Program-made: the position numbers and the translations under genes
The notes under the pieces: generated by a model
Told to the model about the DNA's origin: nothing
Database searches by the model: none
The model's input: only the letters and a program-made list of their open reading frames with translations
In this document: positions 27,053-37,712 of the stretch, in pieces
Layout of the letters: each line of letters begins with the position of its first letter
Position numbering within the stretch: position 1 is the first letter of the stretch
Source: Alphaproteobacteria bacterium
Lineage (GTDB): Bacteria; Pseudomonadota; Alphaproteobacteria; Micavibrionales; UBA2020
DNA length: 51,898 bases
Reading direction: 5' to 3'
Assembly: GCA_028817795.1 (NCBI GenBank)
Contig: JAPPOU010000118.1
Span: forward strand, 1-51,898

Positions 27053-27910
27053 ATGAGCCAGAGCCAAACCCAGCCTACCCCGCACACAGGCACCCTGATG
27101 AAAGGCAAGCGCGGCCTTATCATGGGCGTTGCCAATGACCGTTCGATTGCCTGGGGCATTGCCGAAGCCGCCCACAACCAGGGCGCGGAGCTGGCCTTTA
27201 CCTTTCAGGGTGACGCGCTGGAAAAACGCGTGCGTCCGCTGGCGGACAGTGTCGGTTCAAAAATCGTGACCCCTTGCGATGTGACGGACATGGCCAGCAT
27301 CGATGCCGCCTTTGACACCATCGAAAAAGAATGGGGAGAACTGGATTTCGTCGTCCACGCCATCGCCTATTCCGACAAGAACGAGCTGGACGGCCTTTAC
27401 CTCAACACCACGCGTGACAATTTTTTGAAAACGATGGACATTTCCGTTTATTCCTTCACCGCCGTTGCACAACGCGCCGCAAAGCTGATGAAGAACGGCG
27501 GCAGCCTCTTGACCATGACATACCACGGTGCCGAGCGCGTCATGCCGCATTACAATGTGATGGGCGTTGCAAAGGCCGCGCTGGAAGCTTCTGTGCGTTA
27601 CCTTGCCAGCGATGTAGGTAAAGACGGCATTCGCGTCAATGCGATTTCCGCAGGCCCCATTAAAACCCTTGCGGCCAGTGGTATTGGTGATTTCCGCTAT
27701 ATCCTGAAATGGAACGAATTGAACGCCCCCCTGAAACGCAACGTCACAACGCGGGATGTTGGCGGCGCAGGATTGTTCCTTCTCTCCGACCTTGGCGCGG
27801 GCGTAACCGGCGAAATCATGTATGTCGACAGCGGTTACAATACTGTCGGCATGGTCGCAGTCGATTCGGCCAAGGAAACGGCTGAGCTTTTATCGGGGAT
27901 CGCTGGTTAA
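27053..27910 (+). CDS. fabI: Enoyl-ACP reductase FabI
   Basis: [32 protein letters not shown] and [12 protein letters not shown]. Confidence 0.98.
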   Translation: MSQSQTQPTPHTGTLMKGKRGLIMGVANDRSIAWGIAEAAHNQGAELAFTFQGDALEKRVRPLADSVGSKIVTPCDVTDMASIDAAFDTIEKEWGELDFVVHAIAYSDKNELDGLYLNTTRDNFLKTMDISVYSFTAVAQRAAKLMKNGGSLLTMTYHGAERVMPHYNVMGVAKAALEASVRYLASDVGKDGIRVNAISAGPIKTLAASGIGDFRYILKWNELNAPLKRNVTTRDVGGAGLFLLSDLGAGVTGEIMYVDSGYNTVGMVAVDSAKETAELLSGIAG

Positions 27911-27920
27911 AAAGTAAAAG

Positions 27921-28433
27921 TCACTTTTTGATCTTTTCCACGTCAAGCGCGCAGCTAATATTCGCGCCCTGCACGGCGCGAGGCACGTCAAGTGTGCGCT
28001 TCACACCCATCTCTAGATCATCCTGAAGAACGTAAAGGCTCGCGCAGGCAACTTTCTTTCCCGGCGGCCCTTCTACAACCGGGCAAAATATCATTTTCTG
28101 GCCCGCTTCATCGTAATAGGCTTGCAACAGCATTTCTCCAGCACCGCGCACAGGGGAAAGGGCCACGTGCAAACGCGTTTGCACCGGAAGCGTGAAGTCA
28201 CGAGGCTTAAAATTTTTCCAGCCATTTTCAAAACGCGCCCCACCATTCATGACACGACAATAAAGGAAAGGCCCTTCCGCCGCCGCGCCCGGCGCAGCCA
28301 TCACCGCAACCTCCGCGCCTACAGTGGCGTATTTTTGCGGCATAACGTAGGAACAGGCCTGCACCGCGAATACGAGCAAAACACATAACGCCGCTTGCCG
28401 GACAACAGAAAAAGATGTTCGATACCGTGTCAT
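27921..28433 (-). CDS. Hypothetical lipoprotein
   Basis: Basic N-terminus and a hydrophobic stretch ending in lipobox VQAC. Confidence 0.6.
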   Translation of the reverse strand: MTRYRTSFSVVRQAALCVLLVFAVQACSYVMPQKYATVGAEVAVMAAPGAAAEGPFLYCRVMNGGARFENGWKNFKPRDFTLPVQTRLHVALSPVRGAGEMLLQAYYDEAGQKMIFCPVVEGPPGKKVACASLYVLQDDLEMGVKRTLDVPRAVQGANISCALDVEKIKK

Positions 28434-28508
28434 TTGGCGTATTCTAATATCCGGCAGCGCAGATTGCCAAAGGAATTGCCACATCTTTACGTAACGGAAA
28501 CATATTTC

Positions 28509-29684
28509 ATGCTCAAACGCGTCACATTGTTCCGCTTTTTCGGTTTTGACATCAAGGCAGATGGCTCATGGCTTTTCCTGTCCGTATTAATTTGCTGGAC
28601 CTTGGCCACGACCATTTTTCCGCCCATGCACCCCGGTAAAAGCATGGATGTTTATTATTTAATGAGCCTTGCCACGCTGGTCGGCATATTTGTATCCATC
28701 ATCGCGCACGAAGTCGCCCATGCCATCATCGCAGAGTATTATCATATGCCCATCAGCAGCATTACGCTGTTTATCTTTGGCGGCGTTGCGGAAATGAAGG
28801 GCGACCCCAGCCATCCACGCGGGGAATTCCTGATGGCCATGGCCGGCCCCGCCATGAGCGCCCTGATGGGGCTTTTGTTTTACGCTGCAAGCGATATGTA
28901 TATTTACTATGTGCAGGCCGCGCCAGGCCAAGCCCCCGCCTTGTCTCTCCTTCTTCACTACCTGGGAGACCTTAATCTCCTGATTGCCGCGTTTAACATG
29001 ATCCCCGCCTTCCCGCTGGACGGCGGGCGGGCCCTGCGTGCCATTATCTGGCACTACAAAAACAATCTTGTCCTTGCCACCCGCGTCGTTTCCCTGACAG
29101 GGTTTGCACTGGCTTATGGCTTGATTGGCTATGCCTGTTATATGCTTGCCATATATAACGATATGCTCACAGGCATCTGGTCCGGCCTTTTGGGATTATT
29201 CGTGCACGGCACCGCCGCCTATTCCGTACGCCACATTGAAAACAGGTCTATCCTCAGCGCACAAACCGTTCGCGATTTTATGGATACGGACACGCAAGAT
29301 GTATCTCCGGACATTAATTTGGCAACGTTAATCGATAACTATGCGTACAAATACTACCAAAAAAGATTTCCTGTGACGGAAGGTAAAACGATTGTCGGCG
29401 TCATTTCACTCAAGAACGTCATGGCGCTCGACAGAAACAAATGGCAATGGCTGCATGTTTCTTCTGTTATGGAGCCTATCGGCGAGCACGCCGTCATTGA
29501 CCCCGATGCGAGCGCCGCCGAAGCGCTGGACGCCATGCAGCGACACGGCGTTGATGCGTTGTTCGTTGCGCAGAACCGTCAATTGCAAGGCGTCATTTCC
29601 TTAAAGGATATCGCACACTATTTGTCTATATCCATGAAAGTTGACCAGAACATGTCTGTTTCTTCTGGTAAAAAAGCCTATTAA
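28509..29684 (+). CDS. Site-2 protease (M50) with C-terminal CBS pair
   Basis: HEVAH, LFIFGGVA, MAGPAMS and FNMIPAFPLDGGR; CBS segments VRDFM...FPV...VGVISL. Confidence 0.93.
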   Translation: MLKRVTLFRFFGFDIKADGSWLFLSVLICWTLATTIFPPMHPGKSMDVYYLMSLATLVGIFVSIIAHEVAHAIIAEYYHMPISSITLFIFGGVAEMKGDPSHPRGEFLMAMAGPAMSALMGLLFYAASDMYIYYVQAAPGQAPALSLLLHYLGDLNLLIAAFNMIPAFPLDGGRALRAIIWHYKNNLVLATRVVSLTGFALAYGLIGYACYMLAIYNDMLTGIWSGLLGLFVHGTAAYSVRHIENRSILSAQTVRDFMDTDTQDVSPDINLATLIDNYAYKYYQKRFPVTEGKTIVGVISLKNVMALDRNKWQWLHVSSVMEPIGEHAVIDPDASAAEALDAMQRHGVDALFVAQNRQLQGVISLKDIAHYLSISMKVDQNMSVSSGKKAY

Positions 29685-29797
29685 TCGCAAACTTCATTTT
29701 GTGGCTTGATCGCAATACAATAGCAAGGCATACTCCCCTATAGCTTTAGTTCCGTTTTTATCTTTTAAGGGACTGTGGGATACGGGTTTTTGGGGCG

Positions 29798-30340
29798 ATG
29801 AAGAATAAGAGAACAAAATTTCTTTTTTTCACGGTTGCGGCATGGATGATGTGCCTGTGCACGCCCGTTTTATCTGCAGCTTACGCAGACGTCACTGAAA
29901 AGGACCTTCGCGCTTTTACCCGCGCCATGGGCTTCATGAAGCCCACGCCCAGCGGCGATGTCGATTTCGCCGTGCTGTACAACCCACAAAACACAGAGTC
30001 TGCGCAAGATGCGAAAACCATGATGCGCTTGCTGAGCAAGGGCTATAAGGCTGGACGCGCAAAACTAACGCCGCGCCTTGTATCCACGGCAAACATATCA
30101 TCACTGAACAACGCTGATTTCGTTTATGTCACGCTTGGCTTGTCATCGTGGCACGGCAAAATCTCAAATGGCCGCAAGGCATTAGTCTTGTCTTTGGATA
30201 AAAGCTGCGTCGAAAAGGGCGATTGCATGCTTTACGTCAACACTCAAAACCGTGTGGAGATTCTCGTTAACAAAAAGGCTGCCAGCGCCGCTGATATCGA
30301 ATTCAAACCGGTCTTTATGGCCATGGTGAAAACGCTATGA
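29798..30340 (+). CDS. Periplasmic YfiR/HmsC-like protein
   Basis: Signal peptide and C-terminal RVEILVNKKAASAADIEFKPVFMAMV, reminiscent of YfiR-type proteins. ATGA overlap with the TonB receptor gene. Confidence 0.55.
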   Translation: MKNKRTKFLFFTVAAWMMCLCTPVLSAAYADVTEKDLRAFTRAMGFMKPTPSGDVDFAVLYNPQNTESAQDAKTMMRLLSKGYKAGRAKLTPRLVSTANISSLNNADFVYVTLGLSSWHGKISNGRKALVLSLDKSCVEKGDCMLYVNTQNRVEILVNKKAASAADIEFKPVFMAMVKTL

Positions 30341-32316
30341 AACGTCACATGAAAAAAATAGGCTCTGCCGTTTCGGTTTTTGCAATGCTTTCCGCGTCAA
30401 CAGCAATGGCGCAAAGCATGGACTACGGCGCGCTGGAATCACTCTTTGGCGAACCTGTCACAACCAGTGCAACGGGTTATCCGCAACGCGCGCCCGATGT
30501 TCCTGTGCGCATGCATATTATCACGGCCGAAGAAATTCGCCGCACTGGTGCCACCGACATTCCCGATGTTCTGCGTCACGTGCCTGGCATGAGCGTCTGG
30601 CGTTTTGCGCGGCAGGACCCTGAAGTCAGCATACGCGGTTACAACCAAGCCTTTTCACCGCGATTACTGATCCTGATTAACGGCCGCCAAGTTTATATGG
30701 ATGACTTCGGCTATACCGTTTGGGGTTCATTGCCCGTACGGCTGGAGGAAATTCGCCAGATCGAAGTTGTCAAAGGCCCCAACACGGCCCTGTTCGGCTT
30801 CAACGCAGTTGCGGGTGTTGTCAACATCGTGACCTTTAACCCCCTCTATGACGATATCAAGGAAGCCGGGGCAAGATACGGCGCGCACGGCCACCGCGAG
30901 GCCTATGGCATATACACCTATAACCATGAAGGCAAGATTGCGGCGCGTATTTCCACAGGCTTTATGAATGCTGACGAATTCAACAACGCCTTGCCCGCAG
31001 GCACGCGGCACCCGGACCAAAAAGCCATAAACTTCGATGGCATATACCAGTTTGATAACGATGCCAAGTTGCGCCTTGAACTTTCGCGCTCGAACAACGA
31101 CCGCACGGAATATACACCAGCTTACTCGCTGTATTTCTCTAAATACTGGACGAACAGCATCAAGGCCTCTTATACAGTGCCGACTGAAATTGGCATTTTG
31201 GACTTCACGGCGTATCGCAACGACCTTGATAAAACACTTGGCCCCACATTCACCGGGAATGTTCAAAATATTATTGATGTCTTTCAGGTCTCAAACATCT
31301 TCCAGGTTGGGAATGACCACCGCTTCCGCCTGCAGGGTGAATTCCGCGACAACACGGCACAAAGCGCGACATTCTGGGGACCGAACGCGGCGATCGAAAT
31401 GAAAACGTTGTCCGCCAGCGGCGCATGGAATTGGCAAATGCGCGATGATCTGGCATGGTCCAACGGCGTGCGGCTGGAACACTGGTTTCTGAACCGCCGT
31501 GGCGTACCGTTGGCGGCACCATCGCCATTTCCCAACAACGCTTTCTTTGACAAGGGCGCAACGGAAGTCTCCTATAACAGCGGTCTTGTCTGGAACGCCA
31601 CGGAAAAGGATACGTTGCGCCTGATGACAGCACGCGGTATCCAGATGCCGACCTTGATTGACTTTGGTATTCACCTTGATATTGGCGCACTGGTTCCCGG
31701 CCTGTTCTACATCGGCTCGCCGTTCCTGCAGCCCACGATCGTGACAAACTACGAAATTGGTTATGATCGAGATGTAGAACAGATTAACGGCGGCGTCAGC
31801 TCCAGCGTCTTCTTCCAAACCTCTGAAAATATCTTCTATCAGGGCGTCAACTTTGCATTCCCATTGCTTTCTGAAGCCAACATTGGCGATTCACAAACCG
31901 TTGGCTGGGAAAACAGCGTCAAGGGCACCATCGGCGAAAACTGGCGCTGGGATGCCAACTACATCCTGCAAGGCGTCTGGGATAACGTTGCAGCCGGCGG
32001 GTCCGACTATAGCGGAGACAAAGGAACCCCCACGCACATCCTGAATGCCCATATCGGCTTCACCAAGGGCAAGTACGAGGCCGATTTGTACGCCAACTAC
32101 ACATCGGAATACAAAATGAACAACCCGGTTGCCTTCTCCACAGCACGCCTGCCCGCGGGTGGTGCGATTGGTTTGGCAGGCCGTGCCGCCTACAAATTCA
32201 CGGATAACGTAACCTTCTCTATCTCAGGGCAGGAACTCAACCACGAGGAAGTCCGTCACACGACGTCCCCCAAAGTTGAGCGCAACGTTATGTTAGGTGT
32301 CTCCGCCAAGTTCTGA
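30337..32316 (+). CDS. TonB-dependent outer membrane receptor
   Basis: Signal peptide, a plug domain (IITAEEIRRTG...SIRG...LILINGR...IEVVKGP..ALFG.NAVAGVVNIVT) and C-terminal Phe (VSAKF). Confidence 0.95.
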   Translation: MKRHMKKIGSAVSVFAMLSASTAMAQSMDYGALESLFGEPVTTSATGYPQRAPDVPVRMHIITAEEIRRTGATDIPDVLRHVPGMSVWRFARQDPEVSIRGYNQAFSPRLLILINGRQVYMDDFGYTVWGSLPVRLEEIRQIEVVKGPNTALFGFNAVAGVVNIVTFNPLYDDIKEAGARYGAHGHREAYGIYTYNHEGKIAARISTGFMNADEFNNALPAGTRHPDQKAINFDGIYQFDNDAKLRLELSRSNNDRTEYTPAYSLYFSKYWTNSIKASYTVPTEIGILDFTAYRNDLDKTLGPTFTGNVQNIIDVFQVSNIFQVGNDHRFRLQGEFRDNTAQSATFWGPNAAIEMKTLSASGAWNWQMRDDLAWSNGVRLEHWFLNRRGVPLAAPSPFPNNAFFDKGATEVSYNSGLVWNATEKDTLRLMTARGIQMPTLIDFGIHLDIGALVPGLFYIGSPFLQPTIVTNYEIGYDRDVEQINGGVSSSVFFQTSENIFYQGVNFAFPLLSEANIGDSQTVGWENSVKGTIGENWRWDANYILQGVWDNVAAGGSDYSGDKGTPTHILNAHIGFTKGKYEADLYANYTSEYKMNNPVAFSTARLPAGGAIGLAGRAAYKFTDNVTFSISGQELNHEEVRHTTSPKVERNVMLGVSAKF

Positions 32317-32327
32317 TATAGTCCAGA

Positions 32328-32732
32328 ATGAAGGAGATTAAGACGCGCATGCTCAAAAACTGCATACTGGTCATAGACGATGACGAGCTGATTTGTACTG
32401 TCATCAAAAAAATTTTGGAAAAAAGAGGCTTTGAGGTCGTTGAAGCACATGATGGGGATGAAGGGGTTGACCTGTTCAAGCAAAACCTGCCCTTTATGGT
32501 CATTACCGACATCCTGATGCCCAAGAAAGAGGGCATCGAAACCATCCGTGAAATTCGCGAGGTTCAACCGGAAACAAAGATTGTCGCCATTTCCGGCGGC
32601 GGTGCGTCCAAAAACATGAGCTTTTTGCGCATGGCGAGCCACGCGGGCGCTGACAAAGTTCTCGCAAAACCCTTTATGCCCGCCCAGCTCAACCAGATTT
32701 TGGATGAACTGGTGGATGAAACGGGAACGTAG
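32328..32732 (+). CDS. Single-domain response regulator
   Basis: ILVIDDD, ITDILMP (phospho-Asp), AISGGG and LAKPF. Confidence 0.93.
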   Translation: MKEIKTRMLKNCILVIDDDELICTVIKKILEKRGFEVVEAHDGDEGVDLFKQNLPFMVITDILMPKKEGIETIREIREVQPETKIVAISGGGASKNMSFLRMASHAGADKVLAKPFMPAQLNQILDELVDETGT

Positions 32733-32750
32733 TTTCCGGCCAAAACCCGC

Positions 32751-33269
32751 ATGGAAGAAATATTCCATCACTTAAACCTGATTGTGGCTCTCTGCTTTTT
32801 GGCGGGGGGCTTGGTTTTTTCGTATTTCTACAAAGGGCCGACCTCTGTTTTCAAGGAACAGCCCGACTGGCCCGCTATATATGAAAGATATCCAGAATTG
32901 AAACAGACATTAGAAAAAAAAGACAGTGAGCGAATTCCTGCCATATGCCTTAAGGGGGTTACAGACCCATCATCATTGAAACCCGGCCAGTATTTCTACA
33001 TCTCGATACGCACACAAGACATAAGGACAAGCGAAAGGTTAAAAAGAAGTCTTGCAAAAAAACATCCTGATACCTTTACCATTGCCTTACAGCATGAATT
33101 CATGATCGAGCACTCAGATCATAGTGAAATAACTATTACGCTGCGGTTTAACAACATACGGGAAACTTTGGTAATTCCTTTTCAGGCAATAACATTCTTT
33201 GCCGACCCCTCTGTCGGCTTTGCTATAACGTATCAAGATCGCTTAACTTCGCAAGAAACGCTTCCCTAA
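32751..33269 (+). CDS. SspB (alpha-type)-like domain with an N-terminal TM anchor
   Basis: GQYFYISIRT...HPDTFTIALQHEF...ITLRFNNIRETLVIPFQAITFFADPSVGF matches the alphaproteobacterial SspB pattern. N-terminal segment LIVALCFLAGGLVFSYF is hydrophobic. Confidence 0.75.
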   Translation: MEEIFHHLNLIVALCFLAGGLVFSYFYKGPTSVFKEQPDWPAIYERYPELKQTLEKKDSERIPAICLKGVTDPSSLKPGQYFYISIRTQDIRTSERLKRSLAKKHPDTFTIALQHEFMIEHSDHSEITITLRFNNIRETLVIPFQAITFFADPSVGFAITYQDRLTSQETLP

Positions 33270-35275
33270 ACCCGCTTCTTAATCTCTGCCGCCAGATTTT
33301 CTGCCGTAATACCGAAATGTGCATAGAGGTCTTGGTACGGCGCGGATTCGCCAAAGCTGTTCATGCCGACAAACACGCCATCATGCCCGATGAAGGCATC
33401 CCAGCCCTGCCGCACAGCGGCTTCAACAGCCGCATTCACTTTTGTCGTGCCACGGACAGCAGCTTTGTATTTATCATCCTGCTGCGTAAACAGCTCAAGG
33501 CACGGCGCGGAAACGATACGTGCCGCAATGCCATCTTTTTGCAAAAGCTCCAGCGCGTTCACGGCAATCTCGACTTCTGAACCTGTTGCCCAGATGGTCA
33601 CAGCCGCTTTTTCATCTTCGTGCAGCACATAGGCCCCACGCGCAGACAGGTTTTCATCCGTATGCGTTCTGCGCAGTGTTGGCAGCCCCTGACGGGTTAA
33701 TGCCAAAACAGAGGGCGCGGACACCGCATCCAGCGCAGCCTGCCAGCATTCCGCTGTCTCAATAACATCCGCAGGGCGGAAGACCAAAACGCCCGGAATG
33801 CAGCGCAACGCCGCCAGATGTTCGACCGGCTGGTGCGTCGGGCCATCTTCACCAAGGCCAATCGAGTCATGCGTCATCACATAAACAACGCGCTGCTTCA
33901 TCAAGGCCGACAGGCGAATGGACGGACGGCAATAATCCGTGAACGTCAAGAATGTGCCGCCATAGGGGATGATGCCCCGGTGCAGCGCCATGCCATTCAT
34001 CATCGCCGCCATCGCATGCTCACGCACGCCGTAATAAACGTAGCTGCCTTTAAAATTATCTTTTGCAACACCGCCCATATCCTTGACCAATGTCAGGTTG
34101 GACCCCGTCAAATCTGCAGAGCCGCCGATTAATTCCGGCAATGCAGGCACAAGTTGTTCCAAAACCTTGCCGCTGGCGGCACGCGTTGCAATTTTCGGCG
34201 CCTCTTCAGACATTTTCTTTTTAAAGTTGCCGATCACATCCGTAACAACACTGGACACATCCCCTTTCAGGGCGCGATCAAAGGCCACACGCTTTGCAGC
34301 GTCCAATGCATCGTGGCGCGCCTGCCAGTTTTTGCGCTCGCCCTGCCATTGCCGCCCTGCATCGCGCCATGCTGCCAAAACATCGTCCGGCACATCAAAA
34401 GGTGCATGCGTCCACCCCAAAGCTTCGCGTGCACCTTTAATTTCGTCATCGCCCAAGGGCGCGCCATGGCTGCTCGCGGTGCCTGCCTTGGTCGGCGCGC
34501 CATAGCCGATTTTTGTCTTGCAACAAATCAAGCTGGGTTTCTCGGTATTCAGTTGTGCAGCAGAAATCGCCTTGGCAACAGCATCCGGGTCGTGCCCGTC
34601 AACATCAAAGGTTTCAAAGCCGTAAGATTCAAAACGCTTTTTGGTATCATCAGTGAAAGACAACGATGTTGGGCCATCAATGGAAATGCCGTTGTCATCA
34701 TAAAGAACAATCAAACGGCCCAGACCCAAATGCCCGGCAAGCGAGCAGGCTTCATGGCTAATCCCCTCCATCATATCACCGTCACCTGCAATAACATAGG
34801 TGTAGTGATTGACCAGATCACCGCCGTAACGGGCATGCATTAAACGTTCGGCCAGCGCAAAGCCAACGGCATTGGAAATGCCCTGCCCCAGCGGGCCTGT
34901 TGTGGTTTCAACGCCGATTTCCGGCATCACTTCCGGATGCCCGGCCGTCAGCGCACCAATCTGGCGGAACTTCTTAATTTCCTCCAGCGTCATTTTTTCG
35001 TACCCTGTCAGATAGCCCAGCGCATACAGCAGCATTGAACCATGACCTGCCGACAATATAAAACGGTCACGGTCCGGCCACAGCGGTGCGGAGGGGTCAA
35101 ACTTTAAAAACTGCGTGAACAAAACCGTTGCCACATCGGCCATGCCCATCGGCATGCCGGGGTGGCCGGAATTGGCTTTTTGCACCGCATCCATCGACAG
35201 GGCGCGAATGGCATTCGCCATATCCTTGTGCGCGACGGACTGGGGGGCGTTTTTTTCTGCAGTTTGTGCGGGCAT
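33266..35275 (-). CDS. tkt: Transketolase
   Basis: SGHPGMPMG, DRDRFILSAGHGSMLLY, TTGPLGQG, GDGDMMEG and THDSIGLGEDGPTHQP. Confidence 0.99.
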   Translation of the reverse strand: MPAQTAEKNAPQSVAHKDMANAIRALSMDAVQKANSGHPGMPMGMADVATVLFTQFLKFDPSAPLWPDRDRFILSAGHGSMLLYALGYLTGYEKMTLEEIKKFRQIGALTAGHPEVMPEIGVETTTGPLGQGISNAVGFALAERLMHARYGGDLVNHYTYVIAGDGDMMEGISHEACSLAGHLGLGRLIVLYDDNGISIDGPTSLSFTDDTKKRFESYGFETFDVDGHDPDAVAKAISAAQLNTEKPSLICCKTKIGYGAPTKAGTASSHGAPLGDDEIKGAREALGWTHAPFDVPDDVLAAWRDAGRQWQGERKNWQARHDALDAAKRVAFDRALKGDVSSVVTDVIGNFKKKMSEEAPKIATRAASGKVLEQLVPALPELIGGSADLTGSNLTLVKDMGGVAKDNFKGSYVYYGVREHAMAAMMNGMALHRGIIPYGGTFLTFTDYCRPSIRLSALMKQRVVYVMTHDSIGLGEDGPTHQPVEHLAALRCIPGVLVFRPADVIETAECWQAALDAVSAPSVLALTRQGLPTLRRTHTDENLSARGAYVLHEDEKAAVTIWATGSEVEIAVNALELLQKDGIAARIVSAPCLELFTQQDDKYKAAVRGTTKVNAAVEAAVRQGWDAFIGHDGVFVGMNSFGESAPYQDLYAHFGITAENLAAEIKKRV

Positions 35276-35372
35276 AATGTCCTCTTTTTCTATATAAAAA
35301 TGACCTCTCAGGCGGAAAGATGCCCTTTTCGCGGGGCAAGGTCAACCGTTATACGCAGCGTAAAAACGCCGT

Positions 35373-37292
35373 TTAGTGAATAATATCAACATCAGGCAAA
35401 CGTAATATCTGGCTGTTACGCACCTCCAGACCGTCTTTCAGCAAAACCGCCATATCCGCTGCCGTCAACTGGTAAGACGGCGCTGAAGCGCCAGAGCCTT
35501 CCAACGCCAAGGACAAAAACATTTCAAACGCCGATTTCCGTGGCGGGAAGCGCACAACGGGCACATTGACATTCACATCCATTTTCGCTTCCGTCTTGGC
35601 CAAGGCAATCGCAACATCCAATCCACCCAGCGCATCGACAAGGCCTATCTTTTCGGCCTGCGCGCCCGTAAAGACCCGCCCCTCTGCGACTTTCGATATA
35701 TCTTTGGAATCAATACCGCGCCCTTCGGCGACACGTTCCAGAAAAGCATCGTATACACGGGCCAAAAGATGATCGAATTTTGCAAATTCCGCCTTGCTAA
35801 AGGGCTTGGTCGATGACCACATCCGCGCATGCGGGTCTTCGCTGATCGCCTCCACTTCAATACCCAGCTTGTCAGCCAGCCGCGAAAATTCCATTTTTCC
35901 GCCAAAAACGCCGATCGATCCCGTAATCGTGCCGGGTTGCGCCACAATTTTATCCGCCGTGCTGGATATCCAGTACCCGCCGGACGTTGCATAACTGCCC
36001 ATCGACACAATAACGGGGCGACCCTTTTTCTGCATCCGTGCCATCGCATGGCGAATGGTTTCCGCCGCCGCAGGCGCGCCGCCCGGACTATCTATGCGGA
36101 AGACAACGGCGGCAACGTCTTCATCGTCCATGGCTTCTTCAAAGGCGGCTTTGATTTTATCCGCCGCCATCACGTTGCCTGACAATCCCAGCGCATACGT
36201 CGTCCCCGCCCGCGCAAAGGGCATGATATCCCCCGCACCATAGATCAGCGCGATCTTGGCTTTGTCGCGATACGTGCCGGGTGGTGCGCTGCGGCGCATC
36301 AGGTTTGTCACAAACCCTGCAACGCCATGGGCAGATGTCGCCTCATCCGCCAGAAAGGAATAACCTGTCAATTCAACAAAGTGGTTATCACCGCCCGGAT
36401 CCCCTTCATCCGGTGCCTTCATTTTTGCGCCACGCAATATCGTGCGGGCTTCATCCACCATTTCATCAACATAGCCGATCTTGTCGACCAGCTTTTCCGA
36501 CAAGGCTTCTTTATCAACGAAGACGGCGCGGGCCAATAGGCCAGACACATCTTGCGGCGTAAAGTTACGATCCAGCGCAATGCCCTCCTTGATCTGGCGT
36601 GATAAATCGCCAATCAAGCCCGACATGTTTTCACGCGTCGGCGCAGACATGCCTGTTTGCGTCAGGCTTTCCGGTGCGGATTTGTAACGGCCCTGATGCG
36701 CAAATTCCGCCGTCACGCCAACCTTGTCAAAAAGCCCTTTAAAGAAAGGCACTTCCGCCGATATGCCGCCAATACTGACCGCGCCGACAGGCTGCAGCCA
36801 GATTTGGTCAAACGCAGCAGCCAAGTAATACCCGCCAAGGCCAGAGGATGTTGCGCCATAACTATCTGCATAAATCCATGTAAACTTGCCCGAAGCGCGA
36901 AAAGCTTTTACGGCATGGCGCAGTTCTTGTATCTGCGCCAGTGACAAGGCCGGGTCTTCCAGCTTGGCAAGGAACCCCTTCACACGCGGGTCTTTCGCCG
37001 CCGCGTGCAGAGCATCTGTAATTTCATGCAGCGTTGTCACTGGGCGCAATAACGGCTGGCTGAACGATGGCTTACCCGCGACTTCAGCCAGATCCTTTTT
37101 AAATGTATAGGTCAAAACAATCGTATCGGGCAACGCAGGCGGCTGGTACGATGCCGCCCTTGAAATCGTCGCGACAATAAGCGCCGTTGAAATTGTCGTC
37201 GCGATACCGATAACAATAAAAAACCGACTGAAGAAAGCCCACAAACGGCCCGTGCCTCTGTCTTCCTTGCGGCGCTGCGGTGAATAAGCCAT
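35373..37292 (-). CDS. sppA: Signal peptide peptidase SppA (long, two-domain form)
   Basis: N-terminal TM; GGYYLA, YKSAPE, RIDSPGG, SMGSYATSGGYWI, TITGSIGV and EGRVFTG. Confidence 0.95.
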   Translation of the reverse strand: MAYSPQRRKEDRGTGRLWAFFSRFFIVIGIATTISTALIVATISRAASYQPPALPDTIVLTYTFKKDLAEVAGKPSFSQPLLRPVTTLHEITDALHAAAKDPRVKGFLAKLEDPALSLAQIQELRHAVKAFRASGKFTWIYADSYGATSSGLGGYYLAAAFDQIWLQPVGAVSIGGISAEVPFFKGLFDKVGVTAEFAHQGRYKSAPESLTQTGMSAPTRENMSGLIGDLSRQIKEGIALDRNFTPQDVSGLLARAVFVDKEALSEKLVDKIGYVDEMVDEARTILRGAKMKAPDEGDPGGDNHFVELTGYSFLADEATSAHGVAGFVTNLMRRSAPPGTYRDKAKIALIYGAGDIMPFARAGTTYALGLSGNVMAADKIKAAFEEAMDDEDVAAVVFRIDSPGGAPAAAETIRHAMARMQKKGRPVIVSMGSYATSGGYWISSTADKIVAQPGTITGSIGVFGGKMEFSRLADKLGIEVEAISEDPHARMWSSTKPFSKAEFAKFDHLLARVYDAFLERVAEGRGIDSKDISKVAEGRVFTGAQAEKIGLVDALGGLDVAIALAKTEAKMDVNVNVPVVRFPPRKSAFEMFLSLALEGSGASAPSYQLTAADMAVLLKDGLEVRNSQILRLPDVDIIH

Positions 37293-37403
37293 GCGTTCCC
37301 TCTTCGTTTTTATTTCATGACGAAAGAAAATTGTTTTTGCATTCTAACGCATCATTCCCTGTTGAACGACACGGAATTTGCAGTTACAGTGGAGAACATA
37401 CAC

Positions 37404-37442
37404 AAAAAAAAAAGACCCCGCGCCTTTTACAAGAACGCGGGG
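37404..37442 (-). terminator. Intrinsic terminator (minus strand)
   Basis: Stem CCCCGCG (37416-37422)/CGCGGGG (37436-37442), followed on the minus strand by a 10-T run (A-run 37404-37413). Confidence 0.8.
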
Positions 37443-37712
37443 CAGATCATCGAAGCGAAGTATTGGGGACGCACCATCCGGAAACCTGAATAAAGGGCAC
37501 GGCTGGTGTTCCTCGATTCATAGTCTGTTGATTCTGTGGATAAGAGTCGAGTCATTTCTTTGAGGCAACGCTCTCTTCATGAATATCAAAAGCTTGCAAA
37601 ATCATTCCGGAAACATGGGCCACCATACCTTTGCCGGAATCTTTTGCGTTGTTCAAAAATACGCTGCGAATCGGTTTTCTTGCATGAAGAAAGACAGAAA
37701 AGAGACTGATTT

